This document shows, piece after piece, positions 42,679 to 53,792 of a stretch of 64,000 bases of DNA. The notes beneath the pieces were generated by a model. The model did not search any database. It was not told the origin of the DNA and saw nothing but the letters and a program-made list of their open reading frames with translations. The translations under genes were made by a program, and so were the position numbers. The stretch is from contig CM102286.1 in the NCBI GenBank assembly GCA_046563655.1, forward strand, positions 14,260,001-14,324,000, given 5' to 3'. The DNA is from Yuukianura sp. NJ FZ-2021 (taxonomy: Eukaryota). Numbering within the stretch: the stretch's first letter is position 1; every line of letters starts with the position of its first letter.

Positions 42679-43182
42679 CAGAATCTGATGATTCTTGGAT
42701 TCAATTTCTGAATTTTGGTGAATAAGTGCAGGTTCAATTTACTCACAACAACAAAAAATTTGTTCGGATGAGAAATTAATTGTGGAATTAATTACGATTT
42801 GTTAAGTTAATTATATTAACAAAATTAGTTGAGTAGAATAACTGAGTTAATATAACATTCCAGGATTGGAAAATTTAACAAGCTTAGGGTATGGATGCAA
42901 TCAAGTTTTTGAACTTTTACCGTAAGGCAGAAACAAATTTCAGAAAGGGGTTGAAACTTATTTTTGTAAGACTTGTATTAATAATTTAGTAAATTAATTG
43001 TAGTTGTCTTAAGTTAGTTAATTAAGTTTAATTAATTAAGTTAGTTTAATTAATTGAAGTGACTAACTGAGGCCCAACAGTCGTTGTGAGGTGTCCAATA
43101 CTTGAGTATCTTCCTTATTCCGAATGCCGTTCGTGAGTTCCTGTAGACATGTGCAGTGACATTGGGTTTGAATGGGCAGTAT
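42660..43182 (-). pseudogene. Inverted copy of the nanos terminal codons and 3'UTR
   Basis: Reverse complement of about 48361-48910. Encodes YCPFKPNVTAHVYRNSRTAFGIRKILKY with the stop TGA changed to TGG. Confidence 0.93.
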
Positions 43183-43331
43183 ACAGTTACAGTCTGCTTA
43201 TACGTAAATCATGCTGTCCTTCAATATGATTTAGTGTCACAAAAAAAATGGATGATCTTCAACTATATACAATTCAATAATGAGACGATAATTCCGTAAC
43301 TGTGATTTGATTGGAAGATGGAGCTACAAAC

Positions 43332-44908
43332 TCAAAATGCCAGGATTGCATTTTGCAGGTTGGTGATCATTCCCGTCAGAGTCTGAGCATCTTGTACAAG
43401 TTGAGCATAATCTTGCACCAAAACTCTTCGTATCGCGATTTCTGTGTTAATTCCAGATAGTGCTTCTCTTAAGGCGTCAAGCAAACTTTGCAGTTCTGCC
43501 AACACGCCATTTCTAATAATCGGATCCGGACTTCGCTGAAAAATTAAAAATAATGTAAAATGAGTCGTGTAATTTTGGAAAAAAAAATCAAAAGATTTCA
43601 CACTTCAGGGAAAAAAACCTCAAGAATTCATCAAGATTTTCAAAAGGGAATTGACCAAAACTTTAAGTTTGAAGTTGGTACTCAAAAGTGCATTGTCTAT
43701 TTGAACAAGAATGACAAGAGTAGGATCAGAGAGCTATGCTTATGCAACTGCGTTGTGCTCATGCGCATAGAAAAATCGAGAGTTGTGCTCATACACTGTG
43801 CAAAACAACGTGGATTTTGACCTGCCTTTTTGATTTTTGAAAATCGCATTCCATCATAACATTTTCAAATTCAAAGTGCTGATTTTGACACTCGAGATTT
43901 CAATTATGTTGAACTTAAAGTTCATTTTGTCATGAAAGCGGGATCTGTTTAAAAACGACATTTCAATCCTTTTATTCATTTAAACACATGACTTGGCGCT
44001 CTTATTTTTTGACACATGGCCGCTTGATTCTTGAGATTTCAAAAAAACTGTTTTGAAAGGCGTCAAGAAAAAAACAAAAGGTGAAACAGTAACAATTAAG
44101 AAGACCTTGTGCTCAAAGTGCCACGTACTGTAAACTTAAGTTTCTCAAATTTCAAAACAAGAAAACCCTTAAAAAAAATTTTTTTTAATAAAAAGTGGAA
44201 GTAGAAACCGGCGAAATCCAAAGTTACAAAGTTACGTCCAATTGCGCATGCTCACCACTGTAATTACAAAGTCAATTACTGTAATTTTCTAGTCGAATTT
44301 AAAAGAAAATGAGGATGAGGCATCGATTCCTTTCAAATCATTGTCTTATCTCATTTTTTTGGGGGGTTTTGAAGTGTGAAATTACTAAGTGTTAGTAATT
44401 ACCTTCTTTTTTTTCATAGTTTTGAATTTTTTTTGTGAATGTTGTCATGGGGTAGTAAAATGACCCCATGCGGGGGTGAGAGAAGGAATTCAAATGTGGA
44501 CAGGTCATTTTTGTTCCGTGCAAAGATTTGCAATCTGACTGTCAAAATTCAAACTGCTTCTGCGCAGAACATGCCAACTCATCCTCATTATCTTCTCATC
44601 TTTATTTGATCTTCTACGCAGAGATCAATCATTATGGCCTTAAAAATTTTGACACGAGGCGTCTTTAAAAACGTAACGTTTTCATTTGACCGCTAAATAT
44701 TTCGTTCTCAAAATTGCGGAATTTCAAAATCCCGCAAAATAGAGCAAAGTCATGACATGTTTGCGGAAGATATGAAATCTAGAAAAATTCTAACGTCCAA
44801 AACGAAATTCCTTACCATCAGCGATATGTGGAGGTCCATCTCCGATTGCTTCAAAAATCCACGATCAACAATTTCTTGGAGAACAGCTCGCAAATAGTTG
44901 AGTGCCAT
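43332..44908 (-). CDS. Two-exon orphan protein, 98 aa, predicted helical/coiled-coil
   Basis: Exon 1 44908-44816 (MALNYLRAVLQEIVDRGFLKQSEMDLHISLM, donor GTAAGG). Exon 2 43535-43332 (acceptor TTTTTCAG; RSPDPIIRNG...NAILAF*). Phase-0 join, AAAATG start context. Confidence 0.65.
43551..44761 (+). repeat. Copy of 9411-10553 inside the intron of the 98-aa orphan gene
   Basis: Direct colinear match with small indels. Confidence 0.93.
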
Positions 44909-45764
44909 TTTGTAGTAAGTTGTGTAAAGTAGTAGTTTACTAGGGCAAATCAATTGATGCTGAATGGGACCTGTCGACTTGGAATATGGATCAGAAATGG
45001 GGAGCAAACGCCTTTTCCAGTCACTAGTCCAGTGAACTAGTCAAGGTCATGTCCAAATAGTCTAGTCACAGACATTTCATGTAAAAATTTTATTACTATT
45101 TCAAAGTTAAGAAGCAACAGAAGTCAAATTGAATATTACCTGAAGCATTAACTTTGATAATTGGAAATGATTTGTCCGTGTGTTTCACGAACAACTCATT
45201 TCCATTTATCAAAGCCGTTGATAAACTAAAATTTTCCAAAGTTTCCAGAAAAAAAATGGAGCGATTCATTTGGTTTGACATGTAGAGTAGATTCATAGTT
45301 GTGCAGTGTAGTTAAAAGTAAAAAATATAATTGAATTTTCAAAAGTGTACAAACTTCCCGTCGTACATACAATTCTTGGACACGAACGATGGAATACCTT
45401 CAACATTTGATTTTCCCTCTAGCATGTGCTTCTTTTCCAGTTCCTGCTGAATCCATGCTAATCCAAGAAAAACAAAAGCCCAACTGAGGGTAAACAGAAA
45501 TAAAACCATTGTCATGAGGTGAAGAAATTGATTTTAAATTGCATGCAATTGGCATGGCAACACAGCGTAACATTTACGTAAGTTGTTAGTTACTTTGGTT
45601 GTTGAACTCTGAAAGTGGAGAAAAAGCAACAGCCGAGCTTTCAAAGTTCATTTTTAACTTTGAGTTGCAACTCCACATCACGCAGGAGCAAGGTCAGCCT
45701 TAGGTCATCGCCAATTTCTGACATTTTGGAAATTCCTTTCGACTTTTCGTAAAACCAAACCAAA

Positions 45765-46721
45765 ATGCCGGTCACCGTTGGCCTCAACCCGCTTCCTTTT
45801 CCAAATTTGGCCAACAATGAGCACTGTCAGGAAATGTGTGACGTAAGTGACTCAAAAAATGGAAAAGCAAAAGTCAAGATCAAAATTTTGACTTTTCTCT
45901 TCTGTTTTCAGGTGCCAGCGGAGATGCTGCGTTTGCGATGCGATCCGTTCATCCGACTCGTTTCGGTAACATGGTTTATTTTTGAAAAGAAAAATGTACA
46001 TGAAGTTTGAAATTTCAAATTTTTTGAATTTTCCCGCCAAATCAGATCCCGACCAAGAGCTACTTGTTCAAAAGTTGTGTCAATCCGTGTGCTCCGCAAG
46101 ACTCTCTGGATCGTGCCTTGACTGCTTGCTACGACCATCATCGGTGAGTTGCTCAAAAAATCCAAAATTTTTAACAATTTTACACTGCGCATGTGCAAAA
46201 ATGTATTTTTTTTTAACTTTCAGTCAATTTTGGGTTCCGAAACCTGGAGTTGTGATGCAGTGTGAGACGTATCGTCTCTTTCCTTTTGGACGGTGAGTTG
46301 ACGCAACCAAAATTTTGAAGTTACTGCGACATTTTTTGAGGTAATTGATTTTGGTTTCAGTGCACAAGCTCGTTTGTGTCGCCTGCAGTGTCTCCCCGAC
46401 TGTCCGCTGACTCAACCATGTCGTAAGACTAAACACTATGTAGTTTTTTTGTTTTAAAATTTTGAATTTGCTTTGTCATTTTGAACATGACTATACATTT
46501 TACTTTCAGCGACACAAACTCAAGTGTGCGTCAACAGTGAACCGTACCGCAACGACAGCAATCACATGAACTGCAGCATTGGCGGACCACACATCTCCAA
46601 CAGCGGTAAAATTCAAAATTCAACACTTTTGCTTTCAAAATTTGATTGTAAATTTAAATTTTCAAAATTTTCAGCTCGTGGTTATTCTCGTTCTTACGCC
46701 GGATCGTTCTACAATTGCTAA
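45765..46721 (+). CDS. CFAP276: CFAP276/C1orf194-like (DUF3695) ciliary/flagellar protein, 167 aa
   Basis: Seven exons (45765-45842, 45912-45965, 46046-46143, 46224-46292, 46361-46422, 46510-46605, 46675-46721) splice in frame to 504 nt. Motifs DPFIRLVSIPT, PCAPQDSLDRALTACYDHH and C-terminal SIGGPH...GYSRSYAGSFY resemble C1orf194 as I recall it. Confidence 0.8.
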
Positions 46722-47021
46722 ATTCTGGAACCACAAGACGACAAAATCATTTCAAGTAAACTCAACCAAAATTCCAAAACTTTTCTTTCAAAATTGTTGG
46801 AGCGAAACAAGAAATTTTAAGGGAGAATATCATACTACTAAAACGTTAACTCACAAAATATTTTTGAACAAGAAATAAACTTTCAACATCAGTACAAAAG
46901 AGTTTGTCGTTGACTTTTAAGTAAAAGATTTTTTTTTGAAAATCTGAACGCCATCTATTGGCAGTTTTTGAAAATTTGTGTTGCGAGTGGCGTCCAACTT
47001 TGAATTTGCCGCTATAGCGAA

Positions 47022-47184
47022 GAACAAAGAAGAGCGTCTCTGATTGGTCCGCTGAGAACAAAGAAGGCCTTCTCTGATTGGTTCACTGGGAACAAAGAAG
47101 ACCTTCTCTGATTGGTTCACTGGGAACAAAGAAGACGTTCTCTGATTGGTCAGGTAAGAACAAAGAAGAGCCTCTCTGATTGGT
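47022..47184. promoter_or_regulatory. Five 34-bp tandem units, each AACAAAG plus CTGATTGGT (inverted CCAAT box), upstream of nanos
   Basis: Units start at 47022, 47056, 47090, 47124 and 47158. Inr-like TCAGTT at 47245; ATG at 47354. The repeat is certain, the regulatory role is inferred. Confidence 0.7.
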
Positions 47185-47353
47185 CTATTTTTTCTTTGTC
47201 TGAAATTTTCAACATTCCTTTGTTCTTTTGACTCGAGGGCTTCGTCAGTTCCATTTCAGCCGTCAACCAGAGCACATCTAAACTTTTTCAAGGTTTTTCA
47301 AAATTTTGAAAAGTGGTTTCTAAACCGATTTTTTTTTTTAAAAACTACCAACC

Positions 47354-48448
47354 ATGGACCCCATTGCCATCATTGATCTGCCAAAGGAACTACTCCAGTC
47401 TGCCATGAAAGTGTATCCAGGGATACTCCGTCTGTCTCTAACTGTATCAGATTCTGCTTCCGAAAAATCCTGTCATCGCAAGGTAAGCGCGGGAAATTCA
47501 CTCCGATTACAAAATTATTCCAAATTTTTTAGAAATTGCCAAAAACTAAAATCGTTTTTTTGAAATTAAGTCACTCTAATTGTTTTTTTTTCAGGAAGTG
47601 ACCCTGGAGCAGTTCGGACTGAAAAACAAAGACGAGTCAACTCCTGGAGTTTCTGGACAAAGGCCAACCCACCTAAACATGGACAAAGGTCAACCAGCAA
47701 ATGAAGGCTTGAGGTCAAGGTCAACCGGAATCGGAATGGACTTGCGTCTTGGCCAACTCAGCCACATCATCCGTCAACTGCTCGGTGTGACATCGCAAGA
47801 CGGTACTCCGGATCGGTTCATCGGATCGGAATTCGGCTGGAACCAGGACGAAACCGGTAAGTTCGAAATGAAATATGTAATTAGGCTAAATCTTAGTCAC
47901 GAAGATGTCACGAGGTCATGTGTCAACTCGGCAACTAACAAAATTCTTTGTGTTTTTTTTCAGAATCGTGGATTTACTGCGATGGAAAAGGCAGCAAGGA
48001 TGACACTTTTCCGCAATTTGGCGGTAAGTTTGAATTTCAACTCTGGAAGTTTTTTTAAATTGTAATTTTTTGAATATGTGTTTGATTTTTTTGTTGTGTT
48101 TGAACAGGAGCGGACTACTACGGAGGATGGACCACCCACTACCGTGGCACCAACTTGGACCGAGATGGCAGTTGCAGAAGTTCCGGAACTCGTCGACGAG
48201 GCCGACGGACGGAGTGCACTTACTGCAGGAGCAACCGAGAAACCATCCAGTTCCAGCGGTCACACTCACTCTACCGGTTTGGTCGTGTCGAATGTCCGAT
48301 TCTGCGCAAATACATCTGTACCGTCTGCGGAGCTACTGGAGACTTCGCACATACGCTCAAATACTGCCCATTCAAACCCAAGGCCACTGCACATGTCTAC
48401 AGGAACTCACGAACGGCATTCGGAATAAGGAAGATACTCAAGTATTGA
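47354..48448 (+). CDS. nanos: Nanos-family CCHC zinc-finger RNA-binding protein, 263 aa
   Basis: Exons 47354-47482, 47595-47856, 47964-48023 and 48108-48448 join in frame (792 nt). CTYC-x12-H-x9-CPILRKYICTVCGATGDFAHTLKYCP. Confidence 0.92.
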
Positions 48449-48904
48449 ACACCTCACAACGACTCATCGGCATAAGTTAGTCACCTCAATTAATTTAATC
48501 ACTAACTCAATTAATTAATTATACTTAACTAATTAACTTAAGACAACTAATTAATTTAGTAAGATATTAATACTAGTCTTACAAAAATAAGTTTCAACAC
48601 TCTTCTGAAATTAGTTTATGACTTACCGTAAAAGTTCAAAACCTTTATTTGTATCCATACCCTAAGCTAAGCTTGTTAAAACTTTTCAATCCTGGAATGT
48701 TAGCTTAATTTAGTTCTCTTAATTTAGTTTAGTCTACTCAATTCATTTTGTTAATTTAGGTTAATAAAATTAATTAATTAATTTCTCATAAAACAAATTT
48801 TTTTGTTGTGAATAAATTGAACCGGTTTGTATACACCAAAATTAAGAAATTGAATCCAAAAATCATTCCAAAATCATCAGATTCAGAATTTCATTTTAAG
48901 TAGA

Positions 48905-49370
48905 ATAATTGTCAATGTAAAATTTTGTTTCTTTGTTTTTTGAGCTTTTGACTGATTTAATTTTAAGTTTAAAGATTAATTTGGAAGTTCTTGCTGTTAT
49001 TTGAATTTGGAAACTGTGAGGACCTTGTTTGTTTTTCTGGAACTCTCGGCGCCAAAAACGTAGATGTGTGAATCTTTAAGAAAAAGTTAAAGTTAATTAC
49101 TAATTAGCTTAACAATTAAGTGAATTCAGACACACCAAATACTTCCTGCGGACAAGTGAGGATATTATCTTTGTTTCCAGTTCCACGTTCCAAAAATTCG
49201 GATCCAAAATTCAGATTTTGAAAAAACTGCTTTCAAAAACAAAATTTGGTTTTCAAAAAAGTTTTTTAAAAATGGAGTCAAGTGAAGCAGAGAGGCTTTT
49301 AACGACTGTTGTTTCAGCATGAAGTTTATTCTGAGTACTTTCTGCAGCGTCAGAACAACGTTCTCACTCA
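48905..49370 (-). pseudogene. Third, deleted and diverged oxidoreductase copy
   Basis: Direct match to about 50710-50978, then 51155-51200 (internal deletion), then an exon 4 fragment at about 49300-49370 matching about 52365-52435. Confidence 0.88.
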
Positions 49371-49399
49371 GTCATCCATCCAAAAAAAAACGTCATAGG

Positions 49400-49803
49400 C
49401 AGTTTTTCCGAAACCAGTATTTGACCATTCCTGCTTGTTTTTTCGTTTATTTTTAGAAATTTAAACAAGAACAAGAATTTTTGAATCGAGATGGCCCACA
49501 GGAATTTAAAAAAAAAGAAAATTCAAGTTGAAAAATAGTTAAATTAATAGCATAAAGCTATTACAATAGTATTATACATATATAATTATAAAATTATTTG
49601 AAAAAAGTAGATTTTTAAAGTTATAGGAGAGTGAGTAGTCGAACCGGAAGAAATTTATTAAACTTTTCCTACTCCTTTGGACTTTGTTTCAACTGAAAAC
49701 AGATCTGACATTTTTTTTGGTATTTTTAATTATTTATTTATTTGTGTTATGCAAATAGTCCTCTGTTTATTTGTGCAGTATTTCAAAATTTCAGGAAATT
49801 CGT
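49400..49803 (+). repeat. Diverged copy of RGS 3' flank/UTR (about 32291-32720)
   Basis: Shared blocks cagttttt(a/c)cgaaaccagtatttgac, aaacaaga, tttgtttcaact, tatttatttatttgt in the same order. Confidence 0.8.
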
Positions 49804-50769
49804 GATCGCCATTTCTTTTTGCGATGTCAGAACTCATCCAGCACTTTTTGCATTTGGAGTGCATTGTTGTTCAAAATGATTGTTTGATTAATCGATTGAA
49901 GGTAGTCTGCATCCTTGTCTAAGTGCTCACAATTGCCTATAGTTCGGCATGCCCTATTTGGCCAAAAGTAAAATGGCCAAAAAGTGAAAAGCTCAGAAAT
50001 TAAATGGTCAAATAGTAAAACGGGTGTTGACCAATTCACCTGGAACGTTGTCTACACCTTTCATTGCATAGCTTGATGATAGCTGTACGCAAATGCTGTC
50101 GTAGCGTACGTAGAGTCTTCATTTCTTCTGACCGCATCAATCCCTGATTTCCTTCCTAAAAACAAATTTTAAAATTCCTCATTTAAAATTTTGGGTGCCA
50201 GAGTGGTAGAATGCAACTTTTGTATAAATCAAAATCCAAATTTTAAGAGTTACGTCAGGCTTGGTTATTTAGGCACAGGAAATTTTTTTTTTCTAAGAAC
50301 ATATTAAGGTTAGGATGAAAACAAATTGAATTCAATGTCTTTACCAGCAACATCAGCGTTGATTGTAATGAATCGTTTGTGTATTTCTCCGTTTGAAACT
50401 GTCCAAGAAGTTGATAAAACTAAAATTTTCTGAACTCGAGAGACAAAATTTGTGTTTGGAAACTTGGGAAAGTTTATAAAAAATCCAAGGTGACCCCTTT
50501 AAGTACCCCTTAAGTAAGTCCCTCAAATTTCAAAAATAGCACTTCAAAAATATCAAGGTTCAACTCTCCTTCTCCTATTCAACCAAAATTCCAAACTTTA
50601 TTTTTCTCAAAATTCTTGGACTGAAACAAGGCATTTCAACGGACATGCAGTGATCGCCAGCTAAAAGAATTACACCCAAAAATCACTAACTTTGTTTAAA
50701 TTTGAATTACAATAATTCTCAATGCAAAATCATTTTTTTGTTCTTTTTTTTTAAATTTTGGTTTAAAGA

Positions 50770-52876
50770 TTAATTTGGAAGTCCTTGCTGTTGTTTGAAC
50801 TCTGAAATTGTGATGACCTTGTTTGTTCTCCTGGAACTCTCGGCGGCAAAAACGTAGATGTGCGAATCTTAAAAAAAATCAAGGTTAATTACTGACTAAC
50901 TTAACAATTAAGTGAATTCAGGCATACCAAGTGCTTCCTGTGCACCAGTGAGGATATACTCCTTGTTTCCAGTTGCGCATGCGTAGATGAAACTCCGCAT
51001 GAGGGCATGGTCACCTCCAAAATGCCCGCTTTGTGGCAGGTCGGCGTAAAAGTCGTTTGGAATTTGGCGAATGTCAATGACTTTGCGTTGATTTGTGAGA
51101 AAATCAAAGTGAATAAGTTCTTGTGACCCCAAATCACAAGTCAGTTCTCCCAGCGTTCCAAAAATTCGGATCTAAAATTCAAATTTTGAAAAAACTACTT
51201 AAACAAGGTAGGGCGATGCTCAAGGGTTGAGCATTGGTCTTCTAAAAAAATTGAACAAATTTTTAGCAGTAGTTGATTCATTACTTGTCTGTCGCATTGA
51301 AGTTGAGTGAAGGCCACCATGCTGAAACTAGCTGTGGCGCCATTTTCAAATTCAAAATTCACAACCTGGTTGTCACAGACATCATTCTCTGCTTCATAGA
51401 CGCATTTCCCATAGTCTCCTACCTCCAACGCATGTGTCAAGTTTTCAATGTCTGAAACAAGGTCAAAGGTCAAATTTTTTCAGCCAAAATTTAAAGTGAT
51501 CGGAATTGCTGTCATACCGATAGTCCCAGAAGGTACGACGACACTGATTGGCCAGCCAGTCACTCCTTGTTCCACAAATCGTTCCAGATAAATTTTCTTC
51601 GCAGAGTAACAGCATGATCGTTCATAGTCACAGTGAAGACAGTTTCTAAAAAGTGTCAAAAAGTTGAAATTAAAGAAATTTCAAAATTTCTGTAAAATTT
51701 TGAATTTTTTGACTTTACACAGCAGTTCCGGCTGCACTCGGCTTGTTTTCTTTCCGAAAGTGTTTCAAAGTCCCGAACGACGATACTTTCTAAAAACAAA
51801 CGTTGAAATTATCCAAGTTTTTTTTTTTAAATTGTTGAAATTTTGTTTGAAATTTTCAAAATTTGTCAATTCCAGACTGACCTTGCACTTTGACCCCATC
51901 ATGTACCGAATCAAGTCCAAATCATGACAAGTTTTTGACATGAGAGCAAACGTTGACTTGGCTTCGTTGTTCCAGTTTCCTCGAACAAACTTTTGAAACA
52001 AAAATCACTGAAAATGTTTGAATTTCAAAATTTTGAGAAAAAAGAAATTACGGAATGAGCAAAATGCTTGAATCCAACTGGTTCCAGTTGCTGGATGTTG
52101 ACAATGTCACCAATGACCTTGGACCGAATGATGTCCATGACAACATTCATGTACTTGGTGTATCGCAGGACATGACCAACGGTAAACAATACCCCGTTGG
52201 ATTCAATCGCTTCTACTATTCTTCTACAGTCTTCTAAGCTCACAGCCATTGGCTTCTCCAACAAAATGTTGTACTTTAGGTTTGCAAATGCTGCCAATTC
52301 AAAAAAAAAGTTTTTCGAAACTTTTTCAAAAAATTGAATCAAGTAAAACCTGGCATGTTCTAACCGACTGTTGGCTCAGCATGAAGTTTATCATGAGTGC
52401 AAATTGCTACAGCGTCGGAGAGACGTTCTCGCGCAGCCAGCTAAAAAATTTAAAAGGTCAAAGGTCATCGAAAAGTGAACCAAATTGTGATACAAATTCA
52501 AATAATAAAGTCACCTCTTTCCAATCTCCGAAGACATTCTCTGGAGGAATGTTGTACGCCTGACAAAGAATCCACAAGTTTAAATTCAAAAAACTAGGCT
52601 ACCTTTTTTGAATTTTGTTTTTCAAGATTTACTTGTGTCATTTTCTGTCTCTTGCCCTCATGGATTTCAGCGACTGCAACGACCTTGAGCCATTTTGGAA
52701 AGAAAGTGGCATAGCTAGCATAAATCTGGCCTCTGACAAGTACAATTATTCAGTTTAGATTGAAATTATAAATCAAAGGTCAAAGGTTAAACCAAGAAAT
52801 TTGAACTTTACCGCTCTCCTGCTCCAACAATTGAAATTGTTATGGGTTTCTTCGGTTCAGGCGGTTTGTCCAACAT
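50770..52876 (-). CDS. Gfo/Idh/MocA-family NAD(P)-dependent oxidoreductase (YteT-like), complete multi-exon copy
   Basis: Rossmann [44 protein letters not shown]...[15 protein letters not shown]. About 11 short exons ending ...QQQGLPN*. Confidence 0.92.
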
Positions 52877-53792
52877 TTTCAACTTTTAGTAAACTTTTCG
52901 ACCAATCCTAAAAAGAACAAGTTAATATTAACTACTATGCGAATATCATTAAACAAATACACAAAACACTTGACACTGGTCGCAATCTCGTGACCTTCCG
53001 TGACCTTTGTTATCTAGAAGAGTGTGATCGTGGTAACAACTAGCTTCAGTTTTTACTTGAGGTCAACTTCGCCTCCAACTCTTTCATCCTTAGTTTTAGT
53101 AAGGCTAAAAAACTTAACTGCGTTAGTTAATTAATTAAGTAATCATAATTTTTAAACTTAACTTTAAAAAAATCTTAAATTTTTACTGTAAATTTCGTTT
53201 AGATAACGGCGACACGCAAAGTGACCCTACCGGATTTAAAAATGGCGCGAAACTAAAAAATTTGAAATTGCACGAGATAATGGTGAAAAAAAAGAAGGAA
53301 GGGCAAAGGAGAAACTTTGCACTTGTTGGAATTCGCACTTTCTCTTTCTCTCTCTTCTCCGAGTGAGAACATTGATTAAACAGATTGTTTAATTTTAATT
53401 AATAATCTAAACTGTAAGTTATCTGTCGTTATCTAATTCTTATCTCGATTTTTTATGTTACAGTAAATCTACACTATAAATCAAAACCGTATCAACAGCG
53501 TTCTAGGTACTGTTAAGCTGATTTTCCACAATTTCTTTGAAATCACTTTAAAAAGCTTACTTTCTGTCCCAACGAATGAGCCTGAATCTAAAATGCAAAA
53601 CAATTGAGTTGATTACTTCTTTGTTATTTTGTTTACAGCACTGGCGGTAGAAGCTTAACTGTGAATCCGGATTTGGGTGTTAGCCAATTTGTCACATTCC
53701 TGATTTTTTGCAATACCAGGTCACCTTCTACAGACCAGTTTGAGCAACCGCTGGGCATCCTGATTCTACGGAACAATTCATTAACAACGGAA

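Noticed and set aside
45096..45514. Minus-strand signal-peptide-like ORF pieces with faint similarity to 50340-50450
   Set aside because: Frames are broken and the similarity is too weak to support a gene or paralogy by eye.
47022..47184. Regularly spaced repeat resembling a CRISPR array
   Set aside because: Eukaryotic context, no cas genes, no unique spacers; it is a tandem repeat.
48070..48480. Alternative-frame ORFs of 136 and 116 aa, and the antisense 117-aa ORF, over nanos exon 4
   Set aside because: Shadow frames of a GC-richer exon; only one frame carries the zinc finger.
50770..52876. Recent horizontal transfer of the bacterial-like oxidoreductase
   Set aside because: About ten spliceosomal introns and host-like composition; similar proteins occur in other animals as I recall. 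It would need a phylogeny.
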